64,000 bases of DNA, taken from positions 128,588,001 through 128,652,000 of the forward strand of contig OZ024740.1 in the NCBI GenBank assembly GCA_964016885.1, given 5' to 3'. Shown here one piece after another: positions 46,370-61,297 of this stretch (the first letter of the stretch is position 1; each line of letters opens with the position of its first letter). This DNA is from Eledone cirrhosa. Lineage: Eukaryota. The notes under the pieces were generated by a model. It was not told the origin of the DNA and ran no database searches. It was given only the letters and a program-made list of their open reading frames with translations. The position numbers and the translations under genes were made by a program.

Positions 46370-46772
46370 CTATATATCTATCTATCATACACATAACTAC
46401 GTATATATTAGTGCATATACACAAATACTTACATAAATATATATATATATATGTATATACAAAAATAAAAAATAAAGATGTTGATATGAAATATTTACAT
46501 ATGAACGTATATATACTCACATGTCAAAAAGTACATATACACACATATATAAACACATATATACATATGCACACGCATATATAAATATAAGCATATAAAT
46601 ACATACACACACACTTATACCCATGCACATGCACACATGCAGGCACACACACATATATATATACACACACATATACATGTACACATACCCATATACGCAT
46701 AATTTCATTGCTCTGTACTATACATAGAGCACTCTTCTTTCCTTTCCCGTTTCCACGGAAATACTTAACATT

Positions 46773-46920
<148 letters not shown>

Positions 46921-47489
46921 CGTGTGTGTGGTGCATGTATGCGGGATATGATATGATATATGACTTCATATCACGCTTCATTCGTTTATATACAATACAG
47001 GTCTCTCCACTACCCTTCCGAAACCATTGAGTATTAACATATGAATGTACGATTAATAAAGTATTTCATAGCATTACATAACAAATTCAGTGTTTCTGCG
47101 GGTTATACCTCAAACACGTTGTATATGTTACAGCAATTAGGAGCATGTTGGGTGTAGGCCTCTACAGTAGTCATATGCTATAGATGGCTATTTATCTAGG
47201 CAGGTAGAGTGCGAGAGTTCCTCTTTTTCTAAATTTCTAGGGGTTGTAGGTATCAAATACCAAAGGGTTCAGTTGCTCCGATTCACATATTTTAAAGAAT
47301 AAGCCCGAATAATTTAGTTAATTATTAATTAAAAAAAAAATTAATCTAAAGGCTACCTTTTCGTATTCTAGGTCTTGACGGTAGTAGAAAAAGAGTCACA
47401 AGTATAACAATACAATGTCGCCCCAAAATTGTTAGGTTTAGTGATTATGTTAAGGTGTAGGCAGTGATTGAATATATCTACGGAAAACG

Positions 47490-48692
47490 CTAACTATATA
47501 ATCCAAGGAAAGTTTTAGATATTTTATGCATACAGTTATAAAATAAGTCAGATCGTTCGTTAATTAACTGGTGTCTCTTATTAATAATGTGTAGAGTTTC
47601 AGTGGTGCAAAGATTACAGACGTCCGGAAGAGATTCACTTACATGTGGAGATGCTATTGTACATGGTTCTGTTTCAGCCTCCATATGAGTTCAGATTGTG
47701 CCATGTTATGTCTCTTATCTATCCGGTTAAAGGTGTGGTGGTGGTTGTAGAATCTATCCTTAAAACTGGTCCCTGTTGCGCCGATGTAGTTATAAATTGC
47801 ATCTCTAGTGAAAACACTACATTCGTATGATATATTTCTATAATCTGCATATGGCAGTTGGCTGGAATCCTACAGGTAAAATTGATGTTATTATGACGTT
47901 TTGTGTTGCAGTTATATCTATCTGTATGGTCGACAATATGCTGTGGGTTACTGGAGGTGGGTACATTCTGTCTATTATTAAGTATCCTTACTGTGCTTCC
48001 GTAATGTTTTGGGTTATGTTCTGTAGTGTGTGCGTTTGCGCTATGTTCAGTCTTCACATTTTTATTATTAATCCTGACTATGTTTTGAGCTAGGCTTTTT
48101 GTGGTAGAGTATGATAACTTAACAGTGTGTGTTTTAAATATCCTGCTGTATCGATGTGATGTGGGGAAACATTTATCTAGTGTATTAAAGAAAAGTCGAA
48201 TGACACTAGTTTTAGCTCTGGGGTGGCGTATACCATAGGACAGAACGCGATCTGGTCGTGACCCGTTATCGCCTAGTTTCTTTGCATTCAACATAACATG
48301 TGGGGGAAGGGGTCCCTCAGGTATGCACTACAGGTTGAGGAGGGGGTATAAGGTTTAGTGTTGTAGCTAGCTGTGGTGGGGTTGCTGTGTCCAAGGTCTG
48401 GTTTATCTGTATCAAGTCCCCTGATTAAGCTCGTGGTAGTTGTAGTGCTATATTTGGGGGATGCTGAGTGAGCTATATCCCTTCATTTTTTGCGTTGGGT
48501 ACCTCCGGGTATAGTTTCGGTTAGTGCGTCGAGACTTGTGTACTCTAAATTTGTTTATGCTTTTCTATGGATGTGTTATTGACCTTATCGCTTCCTATGT
48601 ATTCTATTTTATCTTTGTGTTCAGTCCTAGCTAACGCGCTATTGTAGTTACAATATTTGGTATTGAAGATGTCCTTATTAGCTGAAAGGCGA
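47490..48692 (-). mobile_element. 5'-truncated, decayed Penelope-like element (Naiad/Chlamys/Nematis-type): RT thumb/linker plus GIY-YIG endonuclease remnant
   Basis: RLSANKDIFN...YNSALART (thumb); FFNTLDKCFPTSHRYSRIFKTHTVKLSYST (cf. KHFP..H....IFN..T.K.SYSC); TCRIPANC zinc-knuckle-like motif; C-terminal CNLCTTETLHII...LINERSDLFYNCMHK (cf. CNLCL.EK..I....LN.RSE....CRH). Frameshifted. Confidence 0.82.
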
Positions 48693-49470
48693 CCCCCCCT
48701 CTCTCTCTCTATAAAAATATACATATATATACGCAGCACACACACATATGTATATATATATATATATGTGTGTGTGTTTGCGTGTCTATGTCTTTGTCTG
48801 TATGTATGTGTTTACTTATGTGTTCGCGGTTATAAATGAATGACGCCTAAAATGTCATATTCATAACATATATCTGATGTATAGTCCAGGTCAAGGACAG
48901 CTATTTTGTTAGTTTACACGTCTACTTAAAATTAGGAGGTGGAAATGAATCATAGTTCGCAGATATATATCTCGTTATTTTGTTCTTTCTTTTAATATAT
49001 TGCCAGTTTTCTAGCTCTGTAGCTATATGCGTACATACAAAAGTGCATATCCGTACCACGCATCACTGAATTTATATCGCGATCAAAAGTCACGAGCATT
49101 AGCGCGCGGAATAACCAAAATAAAATAAATATGTATAAATGTGAAAAAATATGAGTTACATTGGATGTTCTTTAAAGATTATAACACATTCCATATTCAC
49201 TGCAGAAAATTGGAAAAATGAAAGAGGAAGAGCGAGGGAGAGGAGAGAAAGAGAGGGGAGAAAGAAATGGGAGGAGAATGAGCAAGAAGAACAGAATGCG
49301 CCACAAGAACAAGACTGGATGATAATGAGTTGGGGAGAGAATTGCGAACATTTAGCTGTGCTATGTTGTGTATTGCATTAGTAACACAAATTTGTCAACT
49401 TTGACGGTGATATCGGATTTGATTTTATAAAACAACATCAACGTAAGTTTTAAAAGTGAGCAATGGTTGG

Positions 49471-49668
<198 letters not shown>

Positions 49669-51126
49669 TTGCGAAAGAACGTAGAATGTATAAATCAATT
49701 AATGCCAAACGATATGAACGTCACTTATTGACAAAATATATTGACATATAAGTTCTTTCGCTGAGTTCCGATGACGTCATTGCCTCCAACTGCTTCCTTT
49801 TCTGTTGGAACAAATTAGGATTCCCACAATTCAAAAACCAATGTACCATATGTAGAAAAAAATGTCTGTTGAAAATAACATTTTAAGTAACATTTTATAT
49901 ATTTTTTCAAATTACTTCTTTATATAATTTCTTTTATATTATTTCTCATATTTAATATGTTTTCTTTTTAAATCTCAGTAGTGACATGATATGTGACACA
50001 ACACAAACAAACAAAAAATAGAAGAGTGTTTACTATTCTCACTTTGAACACTCTTTCACATGAAGTAACTAATTGAAGTTGTTCAGTTATTCATTCCTTT
50101 GAACATCTTACGATAAAATTAGTTAACCAAGTCATTCTACTTAATGACTACTGTATTTATAAATTACTTTATTTTCCATACGCAGAAAAATTTTGAAACA
50201 TTAATCTCAACTTAATGTTATGAACAATTGAAAACAAAATTACATATACACTGTCATTTTCTCAGTTTAGAGTTTGATTGTCATCAGTTGACACATTCCC
50301 TGCACTTAGTAATAAACTGCTTCGAACTAGGAGTTTCTAAACTAATGATAGTATCGACCTCAACTATCATGTCACTGGCATATATACTTCATCATTATAT
50401 TTGAAAACAAGCGAGGAACCTCACACAGATGGTAGGGAAACTCTACATTTGGCCGTGCGCATTCATAAGAGTATTAATTCAACGCACCTTCAAATCACAA
50501 GCAACTGCCGTGAAAGAAAAAAGAAAAATATTGGATAATGCAATCCCGAAAAAAAGGACGTTGATATGTGCAGGGATTGATGCCATGCGAGGATAAGCCT
50601 GCTTAATCAATTAAACAACAAAAACAACTGCAATATCAGCAACAAATAATATATATGTCAAACCACCGATAGGCTTTTAATATAGATTTCATTGGAAAGT
50701 AGAGTAAATGTATTTAGTAGAAGAGCGCCAGAGATTGTACAAATTTATTTTCTTTATACCCACTCAGATTCAATATTAAAATTAACACTTGAGTCGATAT
50801 AATTGACTATACATCATCAATAATCTAATTTTGTCTTGTCCGTGTCAAATTACATTAATATCGACTGTAACTGACTGTTTATAAATATATATATATATAT
50901 ATATGTATGTATATATATATATAAGTATGTATACGTACATACATATATGTATACATACGTACAGTAGTATGTTTATACATACATATATGCACATATATAT
51001 ATATATATATGTACGTATGGGTTTACCGAACATTTATTATAATGTTCGGTTTGTTTGTAAACAAACAGCCCGAATTAAGTCGTACAGTGCTCGGCAACCA
51101 TCGTTGCCCTTTTGACTGACAAAGGA

Positions 51127-51169
51127 ACGATGAACTAGTTTCTAGCTTATTAGCTGTCATCAGCACCGT
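51127..51169 (-). ncRNA. Minimal type I hammerhead ribozyme (inverted copy)
   Basis: Reverse complement reads ACGGTG-CTGATGA-CAGCTAATAAGCTA-GAAA-CTAG-TT-CATCGT. Confidence 0.75.
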
Positions 51170-51777
51170 ATACCTTCCAGTCAGTCGATTGACCGTTTGA
51201 AACTATATACATTCCTTATGCATATTAATGGCTGATAAGCCTAATGTGCATATCGAGTGAATTAGTCGGCCGGGTGTACCGAAAACGATAAATGGAGAAA
51301 AAAAATGAAATTTCATTTCTCACTCTTAGTACGGCTGATACTTAAATATAAGTATGTATACGTACATACATATATGTATACAGACGTACAGTACTATGTA
51401 TATACATACGTACATGCACACACACATATATATATATATATCTACGTATGGGTTTACCGAACATTTATTATAAACAAAACGAACATTATAATAAATGTTC
51501 AGTAAACCCATACGTACATATATATATGTGTGTGCATGTATGTATGTATATACATACTACTGTACGTCTGTATACATATATGTATGTACGTATACATACT
51601 TATATTTAAGTATCAGCCGTACTAAGAGTGAGAAATGAAAGTTCATTTTTTCAATTTATCGTTTTCGGTCCGCCCGGCCGACTAACACACTCGATATGCA
51701 AATTAGGCTGCTTAGGCTTTAATATGCATAAGAAAAGTATACACTTTCAAACGTCCAATCGACTGATAGGAAGGTAT

Positions 51778-51820
51778 ACGATGCTGATGACAGCTAATAA
51801 GCTGGAAACTAGTTCATCGT
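51778..51820 (+). ncRNA. Minimal type I hammerhead ribozyme
   Basis: ACGATG-CTGATGA-CAGC-TAATAA-GCTG-GAAA-CTAG-TT-CATCGT: stem I 6 bp, stem II 4 bp, palindromic CTAG in place of stem III, GUU cleavage triplet. Confidence 0.85.
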
Positions 51821-52191
51821 TCCTTTGTGAGTGTTGAACAAAATGGTTGCCGAACACTGTACGGCTTCATTCGGGCTGTTTGTCTACAAACAAACCGAAT
51901 ATTTTAATAAATGTTCGGTAAACCCATACGTACATATATATATATGTGGATGTATGTATGTATATACATACTACTGTACGTCTGTATACATATATGTATG
52001 TACGTAAAATACTTATATTTAAGTATCAGCCGTACTAACAGTGAGAAATGAAACGTCATTTTTTTCCATTTATCGTTTTCGGTACGCCCCGCCGACTAAC
52101 TCACTCGATATGCAAATTAGGCTGCTCGGCCGTTAATATGCATAAGGATAGTATATACTTTCAAACGTTCAATCGACTGACAGGAAGGTAT

Positions 52192-52234
52192 ACGGTGCTG
52201 ATGACAGCTAATAAGCTAGAAACTAGTTCATCGT
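52192..52234 (+). ncRNA. Minimal type I hammerhead ribozyme (second tandem copy)
   Basis: ACGGTG-CTGATGA-CAGCTAATAAGCTA-GAAA-CTAG-TT-CATCGT. Stem I has one G-U pair and extends distally (ACTGACA/TGTCAGT). C-A mismatch at the base of stem II. Confidence 0.75.
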
Positions 52235-52442
52235 TCCTTTGTCAGTGTTGAACAAAATGGTAACGATGGTTGCCGAACACTGTACGGCTTAATTCGTGCT
52301 GTTTGTTTACATTATAATAAATGTTCGGTAAATCCATACGTACATATATATATGTGTGTGCATGTATGTATGTACGTATACATACTTATATTTAATTATC
52401 AGCCGTACTAACAGTGAGAAATGAAAATTCATTCTTTCCATT

Positions 52443-52952
<510 letters not shown>

Positions 52953-53231
52953 TTGCGAAAGAACGTAGAATGTATAAATCAATTAATGCCAAACGATATG
53001 AACGTCACTTATTGACAAATATATTGACATATATATTTTGAAATATATATATATATATATTGAAATATATATATATATATTTAAAGACTGTACGTTGTTT
53101 GCCTCACTAGAATTCAGTTCATCCAAGAATGTCTGTTTCACACACATGACCATTACGTACGGTACGCAAATGGGTAAATCACACACACAAACACACACAA
53201 ACACACACACGTTTATATATATATATATATA

Positions 53232-55988
53232 TCACATCGTCAGTGAGGAACATGACCTATTCTGCAGTGGGTGAAGTGGATCTTGTTCTCAGCACAAAAA
53301 CCACTCTATTGGTGAGGGAAATAATGCTTGTCTCCCCACGAGTGTTGAGGGTGACCTTCAATGGAAACCCAAGACTGACAGTAATCTCCGCCTATAGTCC
53401 AACCGAGAGAGACAGTGATGTGAGTACGGAAGTGTTCCATGAGGAGGTGTGTACAGCTGTCAACACCACACATGCACACACACAACATCCTGCTTGTTTT
53501 GGGGGACTTCAATGCATATCTGAGTAAGGAGGGCAGTGAAGGTCCTTGCTGGTACTTCCATAACAACACCAACCGAAATGGAAGACTACTGAGAGACATC
53601 CTGCTGGAGGTGAACTTGATAGGAACCAACCTAAGGTTTAGGAAGAATCCGGGGAAGATGTGGACCTACATCTCACATAGGCACCTGTCAAAGTCCCAGA
53701 TTGATTTCATTCTGCCGAGGAAAAAGTGGCGGAATAGTGTTCTGAACACAGAACCATACAACTATTTCAGTACACTGGGTAGTGACCACAGGCTTGTTAT
53801 TAGTGAGGTTCGAGTGTGCTTTTAAGAAAGAGCAAGGCTCAGCCCGGATACCAATCCATGACTGGGGAGCTTTCAAGGAAGATGATAAGCTACAGGAGAG
53901 GTTCACAGTGGAAGTGAGGAACAGGTTCAGTGCTCTGTGTGGAGAGACAGATGAGAAAAGATTGGATGGACTGAGGAGAGTGTGACGAGGGGGTACGGGC
54001 ACTTCACCAATGCAGTTGCGGAAGCAAGTGAGACCGTGGTGCCGAGGAGAAAGAACAAAAGGAAGCACGTCAGGTCTGCAGACCCAAAAGTGTGTGCAGC
54101 CAGAGAACACCTGCAAGCTGCCAAGACCAATTCTATGCTGATCCTACGGAGTAGAGGATGGAGATTGTGGAGGTGATGAGGGAAGAACTCTGTACTGCTT
54201 ACACTGACGCCAGAGAGGAGGCACTGATAGAGAAGATCAGAAGTGTGGTGAGAGCGGTTGACAGGTCTGGATGTAAGGAGAGCTGGATGAACATCAACGA
54301 GATCACAGGGAGGAAGAGAAGGTGTTCGAGTCAGATCCAGGGAACAGAGCCCGAGGATAAGAAGAGGAAATGGCTAGACCATTTTTAGGACACTACTAGG
54401 AGAGTGGCCCTCCAGAGCCCAGAGCACTGGGGAGATCAGGCGGCTGTTTGAAGAGCTGGATATTGAGACAGAGCCCTTCACCAGAGAGGAGCTTCAGAGA
54501 GCCAAGAAGAAGATCAAGGAGGGCAAGGCTCATGGAGAAGATGGAGTGGCATCAGAGGTGATGAAGAGGTGTGATTTTGATGATATCATTCCGGGGTTCT
54601 GTAACCAGGCACTGGAGAAAGAAGTTTCCCCGAATCAGTGGAGGATCAGTAACATTGTCCCAGTGTCAAAGAAGGGAGATCTCTCTAACACCAACAACTA
54701 CAGGGGGATCTCACTGATGTCACTTGTGGCAAAGAGACGCAACAGGATGATTCTTAACAGGATCCAGCCTGAGATGGAGAAGAAGCTCAGGGACAACCAG
54801 AACGGCTTCAGAGAGGGAAGATCAACCACAAGTCACATCCTCATGCTGAGGAGGATATTAGAGGGAGCTAGAGCAAAGTTCCTTCCTGCTGTGATAGTTT
54901 TCATTGACTTTAGGAAGGCCTTTGATCCTGTGGACCGTCACTGCCTGATGAAGATCTTACAGGCTTATGGAATCCCCAAGAAGATAGTGGACCTGATATC
55001 ACTGCTCTACACCAACACCAAAGCCCAAGTCATTACACCTGATGGGATGACGGAGTTCTTCGAGATACTTGATGGAGTGCTCCAGGGAGATACATTGGCT
55101 CCCTTCCTTTTTATCATCGTAATGGACTATTGTATGCGCCTTGCACTGGAGAAACACCAGGACTCTCGCTTTACTGTAGCACCGACTCAGAGCAGGAGAG
55201 TTAAGGCGAAACAGATATCGGATGCTGAATTTGCCGACGACATAGTTTTGGTGACAATTACAGTGAAGGAGGCAGAGGATTTGATGCAGGAGGTTGAACA
55301 TGTGTCGATGAGTGTGGTGCTGAGAATGAATGAGACTAAAGCAAAATATCTGGTAGAGAATGTTGAGAAGCCAGAGGGGATCAGTAATGTAGGCGGGAAG
55401 CAGCTAGAATTGGTTGAGGACTTCCTGTATTTGGGAGCAAAGATTGGGAATACGGAAGATGATGTGGTTGAGAGGAAGAGCAAAGCCTGGGCGGCGTGCC
55501 ACAGCTTGACATCGGTGTGGAAGTAGGACCTTCGTCAAGACCTGAAAATCCGCCTTTTCATTGCTGTAGTGGAGTCTGTGCTGCTATACGGGTCTGAGAC
55601 TTAGACACTGACCAAGAAACTCACTTAGATGGTGGATGGATGCTACACGAAAATGCTGAGGATGGCTCTGAACATTAATCAGTATACACTGAGGATGAAA
55701 ATCTCAGAGCTGTATGGGAGGCTCCCAAAAGTCAGCTCAAATGTGACACAGAGGAGACTGAGGTTAGCTGGACATGCTCACCGACATCCAGATTTGACAT
55801 TGCACTCAGTGCTCCTGTAGGAGCCCCTACATGGACACACTGGAAGAGGAAGACCAAGGTTAACGTATGTTGATGCCCTAAGGACAGACACTGGTCTGTT
55901 AGAGACGCAGGACATGGCGGCGAGAATGAGGGACAGAGATCGCTGGAGAGAACTGGTCCATGAATCTCGGGAATTTTACCCGCCCTAG
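53232..55988 (+). mobile_element. RTE-clade LINE, near full-length ORF, inactivated by frameshifts and stops
   Basis: APE endonuclease motifs TVISAYSPT, LLVLGDFNA, QIDFIL, GSDHRLV. RT motifs NYRGISLMS, QNGFREGRST, FIDFRKAFD, GVLQGDTLAPFLF, EFADDI, FLYLG. C-terminal RRLRLAGH. Split over ORFs 53243-55820; begins just after a (TA)n tract. Confidence 0.93.
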
Positions 55989-57202
55989 ATATAATTATAT
56001 AAATACACATGGTATATTATTATAGCTGCGTTCCTCTATTGTTCCTGAAATTAGCGGATGATCTGTCAGTTGTAAATTACTTTGTCTACTCAAATATGCC
56101 ATTTACGCCGTTAAGAATTGGAAAAATAAGTATTTCAAAGAAAACCCATTCGCTTTCTCTCTCTAATTGGTTTTTAGTTTGCTTTTATTCTTACGATCAT
56201 CATATTCCTATAGTAGTTTTGGTTCATGAGACACACCTTGAAGGTTTTGAAACTCTTCTAAATATAATGTAATTCCAAATATATTCCTCCAGTTATATTT
56301 GTGTGAGGCCTCTCCGGAAATAAATAGAGCATACACACACATTGCTGCTACAACTTATTTACATATTCCAGTCAAATTCGACTGTATAACGTCCTGCATT
56401 AAAGACATATATTACACCTCACATCCACCTGAAATTCCTTGTTCGTGGTGACTTATATTTCCCCAAAATTTTGTTCCAAAATATAAAGCATACACACACA
56501 ACTGGTAGATAACCCTAATAGTTTGCAATTGATATCTCTCTAAACAATTAGTTTCATAGCGTGTTGGCATCCCGAACATAATCAAACACATTTGATTCCT
56601 TTTTCGTCTCCAATTCTAGCAGATTCCAAATCACAATGATCTGTAATCCTATCAGGTTTTAATACTACTGCATCACCGTGGTTACCTATTACACATCCAT
56701 ATATTAATCACCTACCTAAACAACCACACACAATCGGAAACCCTTACAAACTAGATAGTCTCCTGCATAATTATCATCATGACTAAAACCGAAGAGTGCC
56801 TCTATACATTCCACATTACTTTAAAAAACATCTACCAATCTTGAGGAAGATTGGCTTTCCATTTCAGAGCCCTAAAGTACATTGTTTCCAGATTGCATAT
56901 TGCATTTTGCGCCTCTAAAGTGATAACTGCTTCACAGACTTTCTTGCTCTAATACCAAATGCATTGAGATAACTCCACCTGATTCATCTTCACACAATTA
57001 ATTTCTCGTATTATGTTATTATTTTCAAAACAATGTCCGAAAATAACCAATATGCCTCAAACACATTCATTAGATCATCAGTTTTCTGGATTCAATCCTT
57101 TGCCATTTTGCTTTCTGAAGACTTCGATATTTAACTATTTTAAGTTGAACACTACCCATTTCCACAAATTACCGAAGCAATGTCAAGAATAAATTCACAC
57201 AC

Positions 57203-57373
<171 letters not shown>

Positions 57374-59716
57374 AACAAGAAGACACAAACAGGATATATG
57401 AGTACGAATTCGAAACTAATTATACAATCTGGATGATTGCAAATCAAAAATATTTCACAGTTTCAACGATCTACGTTTCGTTTTCTTTCATTCGGTAGGG
57501 TGGCATTGCATCCGAAATATGTCTATCCATTACTAGATAAAAGTATATTCATAGACTTGTAAATAAGTAGTTTCTTTCACCATCATTATTGCCCTGTTTC
57601 AATTATAGATTGTGACACTTTGGGCAAATGTTTTCTACCTGAGAGAGCCAACACTATCGGCGTAGCTTTTGACAAAAAACAGATAATTAAATAAACACCG
57701 ACAGAAACATATATATTAGGTGATTGTGTTTGCACACAATCATCTAATATATATGACGGGCGTCGTTTATGAGTTTTTGTCCATGTTTATGTTAATTTGC
57801 GCTTTGTAAAAAAATTACTTAATATTTGCTAATATGTTTGAGGCGCACGTGACTTTGGAATGCTCATCCATTAATGTCACAAACGGACTGTTCTGTTGAT
57901 CGAATAACCGGAGTGCTCCTCGTGGAAACCGACAGTTTTACACTCCAAAATAAATTGTATTTTTAGTAAGATCAATCTAAAATATATACTAGGATCGATA
58001 TCATAGAATAAATAGATTGAAGCCAGTGTCCCATCAACGCCACGATAAAAATAAAATTAAATACAAACTAAGGAGAAATATAAGGGAAGTTAATTAAAGC
58101 ACGTGTACGTGAGTAACACAATGACACAAACAAATCAAAACGGAAGTAAGACAGAACGATAAAATACAACGCGTCGAGTAATAAGGTATTAACATTCTTA
58201 ACCATAATAATTCAAACGTTTTCAACTAACATTCCACTGATAATGACTGCCAAATGTAACTTATTTTTAATGGATCGTTTAGCCGCCGATTATCTTTGAT
58301 AACAAATGACAATGGTTAAAAACGTTTCAGCTGCAATTAATCTATTTCTTCAAAAGGTAAGTCATAGTTGATCTGTGATTTCAATTTAGAATATATGTTT
58401 TAGAAAAAGAAAAAAAAAACATTCATTTTAGAATCTGTGATTAAAAAATACCAGTTTGATTTGAGAATGAAGGGATACAAATTTTAGATGGCTAACTGAA
58501 ATAGATGATATCTCGTTCATTTTGTACGAGCAGACTAATTCGTCTAGATTGACAATATTACACTGCCAGTTCTGATGCCTTAGAACTTAAAGGTGGAAAT
58601 ATATCTACACTATCATTCCAAGTACAGTGATGATGCAACTCGAATAGTAAAATTATATATATTAAGCAATCTAAGTGAATGTGGTCTCTGCCCGTCGTGT
58701 TAAAGGATCTATTCTCATTCAATATCTCGAATACTGACATTTAAAATCACTGTAGTACAAAACATACTGATAATGCTACTAATATGCTATGTTATGTGCA
58801 CCTACTCTTGTTACCAATAAATACATGTTGCGTTCTAGCTGTTTAAACAGCTGAACAGACAACTCAGAAAATTATCGTGTACGTGGCTGAGCGTTTCTCA
58901 GATACGTGCAGCCTTAACGTATCTCTCGGGGAATTAGAGGTACAACACATTTTTGCCTCCGGTGTGAACTGAAGAAACATAAAATAAGATTTCTGGTGAG
59001 TTCACCGGGATTTGAACTCACAAACTAAAGAGTAGGATCCGAACACCTTAACCTCTCAGACACATATATAAACGATGGAGCTATAGTTGGGCCGGTAGCT
59101 CAATTTAGCTGTGTAGCATATTGGCTGAACATACTTTGCCAGAGCTACCGATCTTCGGAAGTATTGTGAGTGAAAATGTGAAACTGATTGGTAGCCATCT
59201 TGTCGCAAGCTTTATAACGCTTAATTTTTTTGAGAATTAATTTAAGTTAATGAAGCATGTGTCTTTGGAATACTCATCCATTTGTACGTCAATTTTGTGA
59301 AGAAGCAGTTCCTTTGGCCGCAAAACTGCAGCGCTAATCATGGAAATCCACGATGTTCTATTCCAAAACAGATAGTCTTTTACAAAATTGTCACTCTAAG
59401 GAAATAGTTTGGAACAAAGGGCGTGTCAAACGAGAGATAGGAAGTGAGTGAATGATGGATTAATTTAGGGAAGAAGCTAACATAAGGTGATTGGAAGGAT
59501 AAGGTGTTTATCACACAATGAGGAGTGGCAAATAGAAAAGTTTGAGTGAGGGTCAGAGAATGAATATAACAATGAGATTGAATTCGAGGTATTATAGATG
59601 TCGAAATAGTAAGTATCATTTGATTAAATGAAAAAGAAAAGCAAGTTATATAACCAAGAGAGAGATCACAAAAACACTTTACAGAAAATATCATCAAAAC
59701 CATTACTACATACATA

Positions 59717-60035
59717 CATGATGGCTTCCCCCTCGTTATCGAGTATGGCCATTGCATGATATGCCAATATTAATAATTATTAATTCTATCATGCAATGCA
59801 TGTGCGTGAATATATTTTTTAAAGTGAGGAAAGACTGTGCACTGAGCTAATTCCACTCTCTGAGCGACAGTAGTTATAACCCGAAAAGAAGAAAAGATCA
59901 ACATCATCGGTAACTACCGAGCCGCCGCAGGTTTTATATCGGAGTTATCCCAGTTTCTTGAGTTGCCTTCTCCTAGAAGAATGCCCTGACAAACACTATG
60001 GGTCCTTCACTCCCAGTGGTTTAACCGCGCGGTAC
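59717..60035 (-). repeat. Dispersed repeat family F (related copies at 42820-43047 and 18288-18660) associated with (TACA)n/(TATG)n
   Basis: 59717-59910 is the reverse complement of 42850-43047. 18288-18660 shares the terminus CATG(A/G)TGGCT..C...CTCGTT.TCGAGTA.GGCCA and the internal block GCAATGC.TGTGC...CCACTCTCT...TCAACATCAT...TTATATC.GAGTT. Confidence 0.7.
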
Positions 60036-60505
60036 ATGTGTATATACATATTTACACACTTTTGGATGGCCGTTGACTCTTTTGAGTACTTCCCCCCTTT
60101 GTCAGGTTTTGTTTTTTGTCCTGCAGGGTGTCCTAAATCACCTTCCTCACCAACTAACTTGGTCAAAAATTACATAAAAAATTACATAAAAAATTAAAAA
60201 TTAAAAATTACACCAAAGGTTTAAATGGTGCAATAGATGATAAAGAGGTTGGGAGAGGGTAGCAAGGGATAAGTGAAGGTATTACACAGCATGATCAAAA
60301 ACAATAAAAATAATAATAAGAAAGTACAAAAATACAGAGATAACAAAAGAGATAAATATAAAAATACAAAACAATAAAGGAACAAAAGACCCGAAAACTC
60401 CCCAAAAATATAAAACAAAGCGAAGCATAGATATATCAAAGAACAAGCAGTGCAAAAACAGCGTGTACAGGCAGATTAAGTGAGTTTCCAAGCATGAGTC
60501 TGTGA

Positions 60506-60985
<480 letters not shown>

Positions 60986-61058
60986 TATTAATGTACCATG
61001 TGTTATAAAACACACTTGAAGATATATATATATAATTATAAGTATATAATTCACTTAC

Positions 61059-61208
61059 TTTCTCTTCCGTTTTCACCTTTCTTCGATAGTCGATACCACG
61101 TGACATTTGGATGGGGTACTCCTGTTACATTACACACAAGAAGCACCGTATCTCCTTCGCGTAACTCCATGTCATCGCTAGATAAATGGTCAATAATTTT
61201 AGAAGGAA
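61059..61208 (-). CDS. Internal coding exon of an Ig-domain cell-surface protein (IgLON/lachesin/DIP/amalgam-like), N-terminal half of an Ig domain
   Basis: Translates as (V)PSKIIDHLSSDDMELREGDTVLLVCNVTGVPHPNVTWYRLSKKGENGRE, matching the Ig I-set pattern 'EGDxVxLxCxxxGxPxPxVTW'. Bounded by polypyrimidine-TTTCAG acceptor (AG at 61210-61209) and GTAAGT donor (61058 onward). 150 nt, phase 1-1. Other exons not identified in the window. Confidence 0.88.
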
Positions 61209-61297
61209 CTGAAAAAAAGAAAACGAAACACATAGATGAGTGGGAGTAACACATAATCGCTATAATTAATTTTGAAATTCGTAGGTAACTTACATTA

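Larger units (their letters stand above)
50920..52445 (+). mobile_element. Hammerhead-containing tandem repeat element (retrozyme / Penelope pLTR-like): about 2.3 direct units of about 414 bp preceded by about 1.3 inverted units, flanked by (TA)n
   Basis: Direct units at about 51474-51890, 51890-52310 and partial to 52445. Inverted copy 50920-51473. Each full unit has a hammerhead core; core spacing 51778 to 52192 is 414 bp. Confidence 0.85.

Noticed and set aside
50920-52445. CRISPR-like array, or repeated small protein 'LMTANKLETSSSFLC' (ORFs 51628, 52048)
   Set aside because: Units are whole duplications with no unique spacers. The peptide overlaps the hammerhead core and has no ORF conservation beyond the DNA repeat.
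57710-57755. 21-bp-arm hairpin ATATATATTAGGTGATTGTGT-TTGC-ACACAATCATCTAATATATAT
   Set aside because: Short and embedded in degraded SINE-like sequence; cannot be tied to the fold-back families.
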